Source: Torpedo marmorata
Taxonomy: Eukaryota
Direction of reading: 5' to 3'
DNA length: 64,000 bases
Assembly (NCBI GenBank): GCA_977017645.1
Contig: OZ360223.1
Span: forward strand, 29,140,001 to 29,204,000
The notes beneath the pieces were generated by a model. The model worked only from the letters and a program-made list of their open reading frames with translations, was not told the DNA's origin and ran no database searches. Of the stretch, positions 49,401-60,350 are shown piece after piece; within the stretch, counting starts at the first letter, position 1; the number at the start of each line of letters is the position of its first letter. A program made the translations under genes and the position numbers.

Positions 49401-49530
49401 CCTGGACGCCCCAGTTGTGCGAGTTACTGGTGCGGATATCCCTATGCCTTATGCAAAGATCTTGGAAGATAACAGCATACCTCAGATTAAAGATATTATC
49501 TTTACAGTCAAGAAGATACTCCATGTGTAA
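23328..49530 (+). CDS. PDHB: PDHB, pyruvate dehydrogenase E1 beta; whole-gene span, 10 coding exons, 1080 nt, 359 aa
   Basis: Exons 23328-23363, 23456-23515, 34072-34179, 34263-34325, 34408-34443, 35450-35735, 36940-37050, 40464-40555, 49063-49204 and 49385-49530; all GT-AG and phase compatible. Confidence 0.96.
23456..23515 (+). CDS. PDHB: PDHB exon 2 ([20 protein letters not shown])
   Basis: cacag acceptor, gtacgg donor; homologous to RRFHWTAPAALQ. Confidence 0.88.
24184..25588 (+). mobile_element. 5'-truncated L1
   Basis: 16-bp TSD AAACATTGATAATTCC at 24168-24183 and 25589-25604; ORF2 C-terminal fragments. Confidence 0.92.
25667..25990. repeat. Minisatellite, ~50-bp unit (GGACTGATACAGCGCTGTCGGGAGAGAG...GCAGTGGGATCAGTGTG), ~6 copies
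   Basis: Tandem array read directly. Confidence 0.9.
26715..26973 (+). mobile_element. Rex1/Babar 3' fragment
   Basis: [23 protein letters not shown] and the (ATTCTG)n tail, as in 19154-19450. Confidence 0.8.
27058..27492 (-). mobile_element. Penelope-like 3' fragment
   Basis: [21 protein letters not shown] plus a terminus like that of 11872-12450. Confidence 0.75.
27729..32832 (-). mobile_element. Near full-length but disabled L1 (5' UTR, ORF1, inter-ORF spacer, ORF2 EN-RT) in PDHB intron 2
   Basis: 16-bp TSD GTTTCACCAATGTTTT at 27713-27728 and 32833-32848; ORF1 fragments ([23 protein letters not shown]); ORF2 motifs [31 protein letters not shown]; inserted in a CR1 remnant. Confidence 0.95.
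33244..33498 (+). mobile_element. tRNA-derived V-SINE/HE1-like SINE
   Basis: GGGCGGCACGGTTAGCGTAGCGGTTAGC head, box B GGTTCAAATC, V-domain-like GGAGTTTGTATATTCTCCC...GGTTTCCTCCCAC, CR1-like tail GGGCCTGTTACCGTGCT. Confidence 0.85.
34072..34179 (+). CDS. PDHB: PDHB exon 3
   Basis: [36 protein letters not shown]; ag/gt. Confidence 0.96.
34263..34325 (+). CDS. PDHB: PDHB exon 4
   Basis: [21 protein letters not shown]; ag/gt. Confidence 0.96.
34408..34443 (+). CDS. PDHB: PDHB exon 5
   Basis: [12 protein letters not shown]; ag/gt. Confidence 0.96.
35450..35735 (+). CDS. PDHB: PDHB exon 6
   Basis: [28 protein letters not shown]...FRGPNG...HSQCFAAWY...AIRDDNP; ag/gt. Confidence 0.97.
35760..35958 (-). 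mobile_element. V-SINE/HE1-like SINE
   Basis: Reverse complement of the 33244-33498 family. Confidence 0.8.
36086..36478. mobile_element. Tc1/mariner (Tigger-like) MITE
   Basis: TIRs CAGGTATACCCCGCTTTACGAA / TTCGTAAAACGGGGTATACCTG; TA TSD. Confidence 0.9.
36940..37050 (+). CDS. PDHB: PDHB exon 7
   Basis: [37 protein letters not shown]; ag/gt. Confidence 0.96.
37238..38090. mobile_element. Penelope-like terminal repeats in inverted arrangement
   Basis: Minus-strand PLE end (37238-37665) joined to a plus-strand PLE end (~37720-38090); flanks are reverse complementary. Confidence 0.75.
38610..38768. mobile_element. hAT-type MITE whose interior is an inverted duplication of a SINE 3' tail
   Basis: 8-bp TSD CTCTAAGC at 38602-38609 and 38769-38776; TIRs CATGGGAGGCCAACCTTTT / AAAAGGTTGGCCACCCCTG. 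Confidence 0.85.
39385..39870 (+). mobile_element. CR1 3' fragment
   Basis: [10 protein letters not shown]...[21 protein letters not shown]...[14 protein letters not shown]; (TTCTATGG)n tail. Confidence 0.9.
40464..40555 (+). CDS. PDHB: PDHB exon 8
   Basis: [31 protein letters not shown]; ag/gt. Confidence 0.95.
40596..41935 (-). mobile_element. Degraded Rex1/Babar-type LINE
   Basis: [44 protein letters not shown] and [11 protein letters not shown] fragments; (AACTTG)n tail ~40 bp from the exon 8 donor. Confidence 0.85.
42389..47315 (+). mobile_element. BEL/Pao LTR retrotransposon, internally deleted and non-autonomous
   Basis: 5' LTR 42389-~42817 (3' end lost) and 3' LTR 46753-47315; 5-bp TSD CCAAC; PPT TTAGGGGCCGG; gag with CCHC knuckles; protease TYAFLDPGS (~44755); BEL post-integrase domain GDIVIIMDD...SWLLGKI...[11 protein letters not shown] (46370-46552). 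Confidence 0.9.
47582..47949. mobile_element. Composite hAT MITE (two ~131-bp hairpin units flanking a ~105-bp spacer)
   Basis: Units 47582-47712 and 47818-47949, each with CAGTGGTTTTCAAAC-type TIRs; outer 8-bp TSD CTCAAGAA / CTCTAGAA. Confidence 0.8.
47975..48915. mobile_element. Tc1/mariner (Tigger-like) non-autonomous element with a CpG-rich core
   Basis: TIRs CAGGCAGTCCCTGGGTTGAAAACG / CGTTTTTAACCCGGGGACTGCCTG; TA TSD. Confidence 0.88.
49063..49204 (+). CDS. PDHB: PDHB exon 9
   Basis: [47 protein letters not shown]; ag/gt. Confidence 0.97.
49385..49530 (+). CDS. PDHB: PDHB exon 10 (last)
   Basis: [48 protein letters not shown] then TAA. Confidence 0.96.
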
Positions 49531-50571
49531 TTTTGCCTTTTTTGAGTCTGCCATCTTGATTTACGTAATTTCTTTGATGTATAATGTAACTTAATAGTGT
49601 GTATTATCATCCAGCAGTTAGGACAGAATGTACAAAATGTTTGGTGCCAACAAAAACTGTTGGAAAAGTATCAGTTTAGAGTGAATTCTAATCTATTCAT
49701 AAGTTAAAAGATACAATATCAATGTGAGAGCTTCTATAATTAAGTGGTCATTTCTTTTTCATCTTGAAATGCTGACAAAGAGCATTTTAAAGCATTGCAT
49801 ACCACTTAACTAATATCCAAATTTTAAAGTAGCCCTCAAATATTGGATTATAATGTCAAATTATGAAGGAGAAAGAAAAGAAATGGTATTATAGTTTGCT
49901 TCTGTTACTTTTGCAACTCGTATGACCTGCACTGTTAGTTTATCGAATCTAACAACTAGTAAATTGCAAATCTCTTAATTTTTAAGTAATATTTTACATC
50001 TGTCTATTAGTAATAGACATAAGCCTTGAAGTTCAAATGTAAACTGAATTGATGAAAACAGATGGGTTCATTTAACTTTAACACTTTCTTGATACAAAAT
50101 ATTCAATTGGCAGGATCCACTTGTTTTAAAAATTGAGATTTCTGTAATTGGTTGTTTAGTTTATGAAACTGTTACAGCATGTTCCTTTTGGATTATTTAT
50201 GAATGTGCTTAGAAAGACGCTCCTCATTTTAAAAAACCCATTGTTTGAGTTGCACAACTATCAATTACATTTATACCATTTTATCATTGATTTTTTTTTC
50301 AAATGTACATACTGCATGGAAATTAGTTGAATGTAATTAAAAGTTCTAAACAATGAAGGATTTTGACCTGAGACATTGACAATTTATTCCCCTCCAATTC
50401 CACAGAGTTCCTCCAGCAAACTATATTTTTGCTCCAGATTCCAGCATCTGCACTCTTGTTTGTGTCTCTCCTGAACAATTCTTTTTAAGTTTAATAAAAG
50501 CAAGCAGTTATTGCTCACAAAACTTGTTTAGTAACTACAAGTGAAACACGGAAGTGTGCATATGCTGTGAT

Positions 50572-50720
50572 TGTAGTAAAAACAGAAATGCTGGAGGAAC
50601 TCAGCAGATCCTGCAGCGTCCATAGGGCTCAGGTCCGAAACGATGGTAATATATCTTTACCTCCTTTGGATACTGCGAGACGTGCTGAGTTCCTCCAGCA
50701 TTTTTGTGTTTTTACTAGTA
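50572..50720. mobile_element. Hairpin of two inverted Penelope-like termini
   Basis: TAGTAAAAACAGAAATGCTGGAGGAACTCAGCA ... TGCTGAGTTCCTCCAGCATTTTTGTGTTTTTACTA. Confidence 0.7.
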
Positions 50721-51362
50721 ACTGCAAGTGTTAATGTCACTGTGAATATTGTTATTACTGATCAGAATTATTCATGTTTGGTAGAACAAGATTCAAATTT
50801 CAGTCAGGAATTTTCTGTTTGCCTCCAAGAAAAGCAGGATGAACTTCCACATTCTTCTACACACCAGAGCCTCATCCCAGTCTGCTTGTATCTGCTTTTT
50901 AGAACACTTCCACCTACCTCCCCTGCCAATCCCAGGAATCGATATGCTGATATTTATTGCACTCCTCCTTTCCAACCATATCATTCCTTAAGTAAGAAAG
51001 TTGGAATCTTGTGTATGATATTTCTAGTGCAATCCAAACTGGGCCCTATATAATTGTAGTGTCTGCTCTTGTACCCAAAGCCTCTTCCAATAAAGACCAA
51101 TGTCCTATTTGTCTTCCTAATTGGTTGCTATCCATACTTGTTAATCTCCGATAATTTGTGTGCAAGAACACTCTCCGAACATGTATCTTTCAATCTCTCG
51201 CCATTTAAAATAAATAAATAAATAACTAGTATGGAATTATTTTCCACATATTGTATCTGCCATGCCATTACCTGCTGTATCCCCCCCAGCACCATGGACT
51301 GCCACCCAGCTTTGCATCATCAGCAAACATTGGATGACTCCTCAATTCGAATCATTCATATA

Positions 51363-51691
51363 GCTTGGGGGCAGCCAAACTTGCTTAATGTAAGAGCCAC
51401 ATAGAATAAACTTAAGATGTTTGAGAGTCGCAAGACATGAAAAAAATATTACATACACGTTTTTACTCTTGCATGCATGTTTTGTTACAAAAATTATATA
51501 AGTATTAAGAAATACATGTACGTAATAGTATTTATTTATGTATGTAGTTTTTAAACTGCTAATTTGTATGAGTTTCAATAATCAAAAAATACATATACAT
51601 ACCAAATATTTTTTAAATCCTGACTGATTTTCTGTGGAAATCTCTGCCCAAGGAAGCAGTAGAGGCTGCCTCATCAAATACATGTAAGATA
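51363..51691. mobile_element. hAT-like repeat carrying a CR1 3' segment; second copy of 23862-24032 + 26072-26390
   Basis: Clear sequence match between the two loci; terminus resembles CAGGGGTGGCCAAAC; truncated here by an LTR insertion. Confidence 0.6.
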
Positions 51692-54600
51692 TGTTATGGA
51701 CCATAACTGACCATTTGGACTGCGGACGGTCAGCAGGAAGGATGAAGTCTTTTGGAGTACACACTGGGACCAGGTACTGAAAGAGTTAACTTGCCCAGGA
51801 CTTGGTGTACCCAGAGAGAGAGACCAGAGAGAGACAGGCTGTGGAAAAGATACTTTGTTGCACTTTTGCAAAAGCAGGTGCAAACCTCTGCAAAAAGAAT
51901 TGAGGTTCAGTGGCAGTTTGGAGTTGCAAAGGCTGGAGAACACAGCAAAATCCAGGCTTGTGCATCCCAGGGAAAAAGGCTGGGAGAATAGCACATGGCC
52001 TCCTGTCTCAGCAAAATCCTGAGTTAAAGCAATTTTGTGGAGAACAGGCGTGAGATCAGCGAGACCAGCTGAGAGATCCAAGTACACGCCTCAATCAGTG
52101 GTATAACCATATAACAATTACAGCACGGAAACAGGCCATTAGGCCCTTCCAGTCCACACCGAACCAAACATTCCTATCTAGTCCCACCTACCTGCACCCT
52201 GCCCATAACCCTCCACTTCCTTCTCATCCATATACTTGTCCAACTTTTTCTTAAATAATAAAATTGACTCTGCCGCCACTACTTCTCCCGGAAGCTCATT
52301 CCACACCGCTACCACTCTCTGAGTAAAGAAGTTCCCCCTCATGTTACCTCTAAACCTCTGCCCCTTAACTCTTAGCTCATGTCCTCTTGTTTCAATCTCT
52401 CCTATTCTTAATGGAAATAGTCTATCCACATCCACTCTGTCTATCCCCTTCATAATTTTAAATACCTCTATCAAATCCCCTCTCAACCTTCTACGCTCCA
52501 AAGAATAAAGACCTAATCTGCTCAATCTCTCCTTGTACTCTAGATTCTTAAACCCAGGTAACATTCTGGTAAACCTTCTCTGCACTCTCTCCACCTTGTT
52601 GATATCCTTCCTATAATTTGGCGACCAGAACTGCACACAGAACTCTAAATTAGGCCGCACCAAAGCCTTATATAATATCAACATCACTTCCCAACTCCTA
52701 TATTCTATGCAATGATTGATAAAGGCCAGCATACTAAAAGCCTTCTTCACCACCCTGTTCACATGAGTTTCCACCTTCAGGGAACGATGCACCGTTATTC
52801 CTAAATCTTTCTGCTCTTCTGTATTCATCAATGCTCTCCCTTTTACTACATATGTCCTGTTCTGATTCTTCCTACCAAAATGAAGCACCTCACACTTATC
52901 AGCATTAAACTCCATCTGCCATTTTTCAGCCCACTTTTCTAAGCAGCCCAAATCCCTCTGCAATCCTTGAAAACCTTCATTATCCACTATTCCACCTATC
53001 TTAGTATCATCTGCATATTTACTAATCCAGTTTACCACCCCATCATCTAGATCATTGATATATATAACAAACAACAACGGGCCCAATACAGATCCCTGAG
53101 GCACACCGCTGGTCACCTGCCTCCAACCTGACAGACAATTATCCACTACCACTCTCTGGCCTCTCCCAGCCAATGTTCAATCCATTTGACTATCTCAGAA
53201 TTTATACCTAAAGACTGCACCTTCCTAACTAACCTTCCATGCGGAACCTTATCGAAGGCCTTACTGAAGTCCATATAGACAACATCCACCGCGCTACCCT
53301 CATCCACATTCCTAGTCACCTCTTCAAAAAATTCAATCAGATTGGTCAAACAGGACCTTCCGCTCACAAATCCGTGTTGAGAGTTCCTGATCAGACCCTG
53401 TCTATCCAGATATTTATAAGTACTATCTCTGAGAACTTTCTCCATTAATTTACCTACCACAGACGTCAAACTTACAGGCCGATAATTGCCAGGCTTCCTC
53501 CTTGAACCCTTTTTAAATAACGGAACCACATGCGCAATACGCCAATCCTCCGGCACTATCCCCATCTCTAATGACATTTGGAAAATCACCGTCAGAGCCT
53601 CTGCTATTTCTGATTTGGAGTCGCAATCCTCGTGAATCTCTACCAAAAGGGAAAGTCATCAGAGAAGAAAAACAAGCCAAGTATTCGTAAGCATAAACAG
53701 TCATTGTCTCTCTCCAACGTTCATTAAGAAGTCCTTGCCAGCACACAGAGCTGAATTTGGATCCTGAACATAGAGAGTGAATTTTTGTGGACTGTATTAT
53801 TTTTTCTGACTGACTTGTTTTTATGACTGACCTGGGGTTTTTGGGGAAAGTTTTTTTTCCATTTTTACATGAGGGTTGGGCACAGACTAATGGTCTGGGC
53901 TTTACACACACACACACACACACCTTTTAGATAAGAATAGTGTTTATAGACGTTTATAGTGGGGTTAATTGTTGTGAAATTATATGTTTAATTGTCTTTA
54001 ATAAATATAAATTTCAATTTTACCCCTTTTGCATTGCATCTTCTGTCCTTGCTGGTTTGAATTTGTAACAAAATTTGGGGCTCGTCCTTGGATTTGAATT
54101 AAAAATCCATCTTGGTAATTGAAGGAATCCCAGTTTGGTTTAAGACTTTCTTTTTGTAAAGCTAATTAAAAGCTAGTGTGTGTGTAACGAAAAACCAGCA
54201 ACAATGGATGTAGAACATTTTTTGGAATCACCTGAACCTGATACTTTAAAAAAGGCGAAAAAGGAACAGTTAGTGGCTATGGCAAAAGAGTTGGGCATTG
54301 CTTCTGTAAAACCATTTATGAAAAAGGCAGAGATTGGGAGAAAAATTGTCCAATACTATATAAAAGAAAAAAAGTTTGAGGAGAGCGTATTAGAGCAGTT
54401 TCCCAAGGGTAAACCTTCTGAAAACATACAGTTGGAACTAAAGAAATTGGAAATGGAACAAAAGAAATTAGACACGGAATTGGACAAAAGAAATTAGACA
54501 CGGATTTGGAACAAAAGAGATACGAAAACGATGAGAAAAATAGGAGATATGAGCTGGAAAAGATGAGGTTGGAAAATGAGAGGAGACAAGAAGAGCACCA

Positions 54601-56267
54601 AGATCAAATTCGTCATCCTGTTGAGTTTTTGGCTAGTAGAGAAGTTAGGTTGGTTCCTCCATTTGAGGAGGCAGAAATAGATAAGTACTTCCAGCATTTT
54701 GAGAAGGTGGCTGTGAAATTAAAATGGCCACAAGACCAATGGTCTCTTAAGTTACAAAGTGTAATTAAAGGAAAAGATCAGCAAGCTTATTGTACTCTTA
54801 CCACTGAGCAAGCTGCTGATTATGAAACGGTGAAAAAGGCTATACTCCAGGCTTATGAGTTAGTTCCAGAGGCTTATAGACAGAAGTTTAGAAATTTAAA
54901 AAGAGCAGCAACCCAATCTTACACAGAGTTTGCCTATGAAAAGGTTGTGTGTTTTGACCGGTGGTGCACATCTAAGGCGGTAAACAATGATTACAATCAA
55001 TTGAGAGAATTGATAATAATCGAGGAGATAAAAAGGTGTGTTCATGAGGATATTAAGGCATACTTAGATGAAAAGGAGGTGAAAACTTGGCAAAATTCAG
55101 CTAAGTTAGCAGATGAATATGCTTTAACCCACAAGCCTAAGTGGACGGCAGGTAGAATTTTCCAAAAGGTCACTGGATAATCCCAAGCAAGTCGAAAGTA
55201 AATTTGGAAGTGGTGTTAAGGAAAGGGATGAAGGAAAGGGGAAAACCCTTCGGGTCCCATTTGCCACTACTGTAGGAAGGCTGGTCATATGCTAGCAAGT
55301 TGTCCAGTGTTGAAAAAGAAGAGAGAAAAGGATGCAACACCTAATGTTTGTATTCAGAGTGAGAAGAGACATAACACCCAGGAAGGAGATAAATTTACTG
55401 AAAAAGTTAGAGATGTATTTAAACCTTTTGTGACTGATGGTTTTGTTTCAGTTAAGGCAGGATCAAAACAAGTTCCAGTGAAAATCTTGCGAGATACTGG
55501 AGCTGCTCAGTCACTTGTGTTAGATAGCGTCTTGGAATTTTGTGAAGCTACTGACACTGGTGATACAAATTTAATTAAAGGAATTGGGGGTGATGTTGAG
55601 TCCATTCCTTTGCACAAAATAGTGTTGGACTCAGACTTGGTGGAAGGACCTGTTATAATAGGAGTGAGATCAGAGTTGCCAGTAGAAGGAGTCTCACTGT
55701 TGCTCAGCAATGACTTGGCTAAGGGTAAAGTAGTTCCTGCAGTGCGAATGACCACTAAGCCAGTCATTGATAAGTCAGAGAAAGACTGATATTTATCCGG
55801 CATGTGCCATAACCAGGGCCATGTCTAAGAAAAATGTCACTGTAGAGAAGGCAGTGGAAAATAACTTGGTGAAAGAAAAAGTCAGTGATAATAAAGAACA
55901 CCTGGAAAAGGTTGAGCAATCTCCTATATTACATTCATCCACTGATCAAACACCTAAAGGCACAGATTTGTCACTATCCCGACAGGAGCTAATAGCAAGG
56001 CAATAGGAGGATCCTGATCTTGCTGAGGTGAGGGATAAGGTTCTCTCTGAAGAGGAGATTAAAAAGGTGCCAGTGGGTTATTATGAAAAAGATGGGGTGT
56101 TGATCCGAAAGTGGAGACCATGTGATGTTCCTGCCAATGAAGAATGGCCAGTCGTGCAGCAGGTTGTGATCCCTAAAGTATATAGGGATGCAATAATAAC
56201 TTTGGCTCATAGTACACCCTTAGGTGGTCACCTTGGGGTGAAGAAAACTATAAGGAAGATAATGAAG
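51692..56267 (+). mobile_element. Gmr1-like Ty3/Gypsy LTR retrotransposon, copy 1 (5' LTR, gag, protease, start of integrase; 3' part lost)
   Basis: LTR TG...CA at 51692-54070 (split by a CR1); tRNA-Pro-like PBS TGGGGCTCGTCC; SCAN-like gag (FQHFEKVA...AYELVPEAYRQKFR), CCHC, ILRDTGAAQS, HSTPLGGHLG. Confidence 0.9.
52106..53609 (-). mobile_element. Young 5'-truncated CR1 LINE inserted in the Gypsy LTR
   Basis: RT ORFs 53146-53609 and 52178-53173 (YRPVSLTS, YMDFSKAFDKVPH, GVPQGSVLGP, YADDTK) with one frameshift; the uninterrupted site is seen in LTR copy 2 (GGTATACTGAT at ~60754). Confidence 0.93.
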
Positions 56268-58833
56268 CCTGAAGTAAGTTTTTAACATGAGGCATTCTGA
56301 ATGGGACTCCCCATAGAGGTCAAGAAACCTCAGTGAGACCACAAAGTACCAAAGTCACGTGCTACGCCAAAAGCATAGCAGGAGTCGGTATAAATAATTG
56401 CTGTCTTATCTGAGGCAAGAATGCAAGCGCGGGTGAGAGCGAGCAATTCTGCTTTCTGGGCGGATACGGGGGGTTGGAGAGCAGAAGGCTCAATGGTCTG
56501 TTTGCCATCTACAATGGCATATCCACTCAACCGGTCCCCCCGTTCGGAGACCGACGATGTGCCCTCCACATAAAAGGTGACCTCTGCTCCGGCCAAAGGT
56601 GTGTCCTGAGGTCAGGGCGGGGAGAGGTCAGGAAGTGGTTCCGGGATAAACAGTCATGGGATGGACCGGGGAGTTCACAGGGCGGGTCTGTTAGAAAAGT
56701 CGCAGGATTGATGCTAGTGGAGAAAGCAAAGGAGAGGATTGTGAAGGAGTGCTATTTTGTAGCGATTGAGATGCGCCTGGGTGAGATGTTGGGTCTGGTG
56801 AGATGTGAGGAGTGCTGTAACGGTGTGTGTGGAGCAAATCACTACTGGCTGGTGCAGTGTAATATTGGCTGCAGCTGTGACTGGAGAATAAATAGCCAGC
56901 AGGACCTGAGAACATGGGGGCAGCCCCCCTGGAATTGCAGCATTAAAGGTCTCCCACCATTTTCTGTGCTCGTCCTGTGTAAGGGCCATGCAACGGAGAC
57001 AATAAAGGTCTTGGGAGTTAGCTTGATACATCTGGATAGTTCCCATAACATAATCGATAAAGCCCTCAGGGTTTGTTTTGCGACCTTGTACGAGCGGCTA
57101 TGGGATCAATAAAATGCTCGAGCAAGTGAGGAGGGGCGTTGGGTGGCGGAACCAAATACAGGGGTGGGTTAGCAGCAGTTAAAATTTAGGAGATTGGGGT
57201 TCTGGGGAAGAGGAGGGTATATAGGAGGGACTGCCCAGTCATCGCGTTCATCTTCCATCTCGTCCCCCGGAATTTGGAACAGATTGGGTAACCCAGACAT
57301 CGCCGGAGGTACCTCCTCTTTACCTGATACCTGTTGTTCCTTTCCTGATTCTCTATCCTTGTTCCTTTCCTTGTCGTACTCGTCACACTGATACTTTAGT
57401 AGCTCCCAAGATTTGGGAGTTTCCCCCCTATCACGTTCCGCAATCCCTCTCTTTCGTGCATTATTTTCCCAACTACTCTGTTGCGACCTTTGATTCAAAT
57501 CCTCGGCACTCGTCCGCCATGCCAACATTAATAATTTCCATTTCTCTCCTGATTGTCATCCCTCACATTCAGCCTGCAGGACTTTCCAGTCTTTTTGGTG
57601 CACCCTCCTTTGTACATTACACTATCCCTCTATGGGGCAATTTTCAAAACAACTGTTCTTTCGTTGGATTTTTCTTACACATTTTACCCAAAGGAGTGTT
57701 TACTCCCGATTTATCACCCACTTGTCCCACGTTGTCCTTTTTGTTCCTCTGCGCCCACTTCAGGGTCCTGACCTTCGCGTGGGGGATTTCCCCTCTTAAC
57801 AACCAGTCTAAGGCAGCGTGTCGGAACTAGGACAACACTTTTATCCCTTCCCTGCGCGAATCCTCAAGCCCTATCTTGTTTTCCGTCAGCGAATCCTCAA
57901 GCCGACCTTCTATCCCTACCCTGGGCGAGTCCTCAAGCCCGATCTTGTTTTCCCTTCCTTTTCCTTCGTAGTGCTCAGGCGGCGAATCCTAGGTTCGTTC
58001 AGGGGTTCGTCAGCCGGACGAGGGGATCGTCTCGGTGACTGGCCGAGGAGAGAGACCGAGGATAAATACTTCCCCATGGGCCCGTCTATCTCATTCGGCT
58101 ACCATCGGACCGACTACTTACGCCGTTCCGTATGGAAACCCCGTTTTGGACTCCTGGCTGGCTTGCCAAATTGTGGTTGCTGCCCGCTGTAACAAAACCA
58201 CAGCACTACGAATGCAGTCAGTAAGTAAAGCAGTTTATTGAGTAGCAAGCTACCTGGGAGGTCTCACCTTCTGCACTCTCAAAGAGGCTGCATCAGAGGT
58301 CTCCAACAAGACAAAAGAGACACGGTTATTTATACTTTGAAAGGTGGGAAAAATCATACACGCCCCAGTAACAGCATATTGACATAATCATAATTCTACA
58401 GGATTGGTCAAAAAGCATACATAAGCATAAATGCAAACTTTCACAGAGCATCTTGGTACAGAGACATAGTTATCTTTCGCGACTAGCACAGGGTGGCCTT
58501 GGAATGTAGTTATCTTAAGCAGGAATGTAGTTGTCTTAGCAACCAGCACATCTTGCACAAGTTAATCAATTCCCTTCGAGTTGCTTGCTCCCTTTACCAG
58601 GATTAGTACTCAATTATGCAAACTCTCACAAGGCCTACTATGATGGAGACATAGTTATCTCAAGCAGCTAGCACAGTTTTACCACTATTTCCCCCAGTAT
58701 TTCTGGTATTAGCAAGCAGCTCATTCTCAACAGCCAGTTAATGATCCCCATCCATCTGTTTCTCCCCTCAGTACACAGGCACACCCAGTCCTTTTGTCTC
58801 CATATTCCTAACCCCCTTCTTCCCACTCTCTCA
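56268..58833 (-). mobile_element. Endogenous retrovirus remnant (class I / epsilon-like): LTR, PBS, leader, gag start, RT connection, RNase H
   Basis: LTR ~58833-58172 with CCAAT, TATAAA and AATAAA; PBS 58151-58168 TGGCAAGCCAGCCAGGAG (tRNA-Arg ACG-like); PPIYPPLP motif; RNase H SAQKAELLALTRAC...IYTDSCYAFGV. Confidence 0.85.
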
Positions 58834-58849
58834 CCTGCAGTGAACGTGG

Positions 58850-60350
58850 ACTTGTAAGAATTGTTTATTTGTTTATTTATTCAGTTGCGTTGGAGTGTTG
58901 GAGTGGGAGGAGCGACTGGTGCTTGGTGAGTAAGTTTTTGGACTTGTAAATTTGTTTAAAAAGGGCGCTTTTTCGGGCCTAGGGCTAGGTTAAGTGGTGA
59001 TTAGTAGTAGTAAGAGATTGGGTATTTGAGTTAATTAGCAGTGACCTATAACAGGAAGGGAAGTTGAGGGTGCGGCCAGTGAGGAGTGGCACAGGGAAGG
59101 AGTGGAGCTCTGAGGCCTTGGCTCAAGAGGCTTTGGAGAGAAGAGGCTGAGGAAGTACTACCGGTAAGGTTAAGTTTATTCCTATTTAATCTAGTTGTAA
59201 TTAAGAGGGAGTTATGGAGGCAGTTGGGTTAGTCATGTGTTCTGAATACAGGATGTGGGAGGTCAGGGACATCACAAATGTTCCTGGTGACCAGACCTGC
59301 AAAAGGTGCATCCAGATGCAACTCCTGCGAGATCATGTTAGGGAACTGGAGTTGCAGCTGGATGAACTTTGGATCATGAGGGAGGCAGAGGTAGTCATAG
59401 ATAGGGAGACAGTCACCCCAAATAGACAGGAGTCAGCTAACTGGGTGACTGTGAGGAAAGGAAGGGGGGGGGAGACAGACAGTGCAGGGATCCCCTGTGG
59501 CCGTTCCCCTCAATAATAAGTATACTGTTTTGGATACTGTTGTTGGGGGGACCTACCAGGGACAAGTCACGGGGGTCAGGTCTCTGGCACGGGGGCTGGC
59601 CCCTCGGCTCAGAAGGGAAGGGGGGAAAAGAGAAGAGCTTTTGTAATTGGGGACCCGCTAGTTAGAGGAACAGATAGGAGGTTTGCTGGATGAGATCGGA
59701 GCTCCCGGTTGGTATGTTGCCTTCCAGGTGCCAGGGTCAAGGATGTCTCTGATCGAGTACACAGCATTCTGGAGGGGGAGGGCAACCAGCCAGGTGTCGT
59801 GGTCCACGTGGGGACCAATGACATAGAAAGAAATGGGGATGATGTCCTGAAGAAGGAATATAAGGAGTTAGGAAGGAAGTTAAAAAGCAGGACCTCGAGG
59901 GTGGTAATCTCAGGATTGCTGCCTGTGCCACGCGCAAGAGAGGGTAGGAATAGGAAGATGTGGAGGATGAATGCTTGGCTAAAGAGTTGGTGCTGGGGGC
60001 AGGGGTTCACATTTGTGGATCATTGGGATCTCCTCTGGGGAAGGTCTGACCTGTACAAAAGGGACGGGCTGCACTTGAACTGGAGGGGGACCAATATCGT
60101 GGCAGGCAGGTTTGCTAGAGCTGTTGGGGAGGGTTTAAACTAGTTTGGCAGGGGGGTGGGAATCAGAATGAGAATGCGGAGAGTAGGGTAGAAGAACACC
60201 TGGATTTGATGGAAGAGAGGAACCAGAATGTTAAAGTTAATGAAGGAGAGGGTAATCAAAAGAGTGTATGTGGGGGACATTCTCTCAAGTGTATATATTT
60301 CAATGCAAGGAGCATTGTAAGAAAGGTGGATGAGCTTAGAGTATGGATTG
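58850..60350 (+). mobile_element. CR1 5' part (5' UTR, ORF1 with zinc finger/coiled coil and SGNH esterase domain, start of ORF2)
   Basis: CKRCIQMQLLRDHVRELELQL; CLPGARVKDV...VVVHVGTNDI...DGLHLN; CIYFNARSIVRKVDEL, cut by an LTR at 60351. Confidence 0.85.

Noticed and set aside
54180-55180. Domesticated SCAN or zinc-finger host gene
   Set aside because: Preceded by an LTR and PBS, followed by protease and integrase, frameshifted, and present as a second retroelement copy
59709-60143. Host GDSL/SGNH esterase gene
   Set aside because: It is the esterase domain of a CR1 ORF1, with upstream stops and a CR1 ORF2 start right after it
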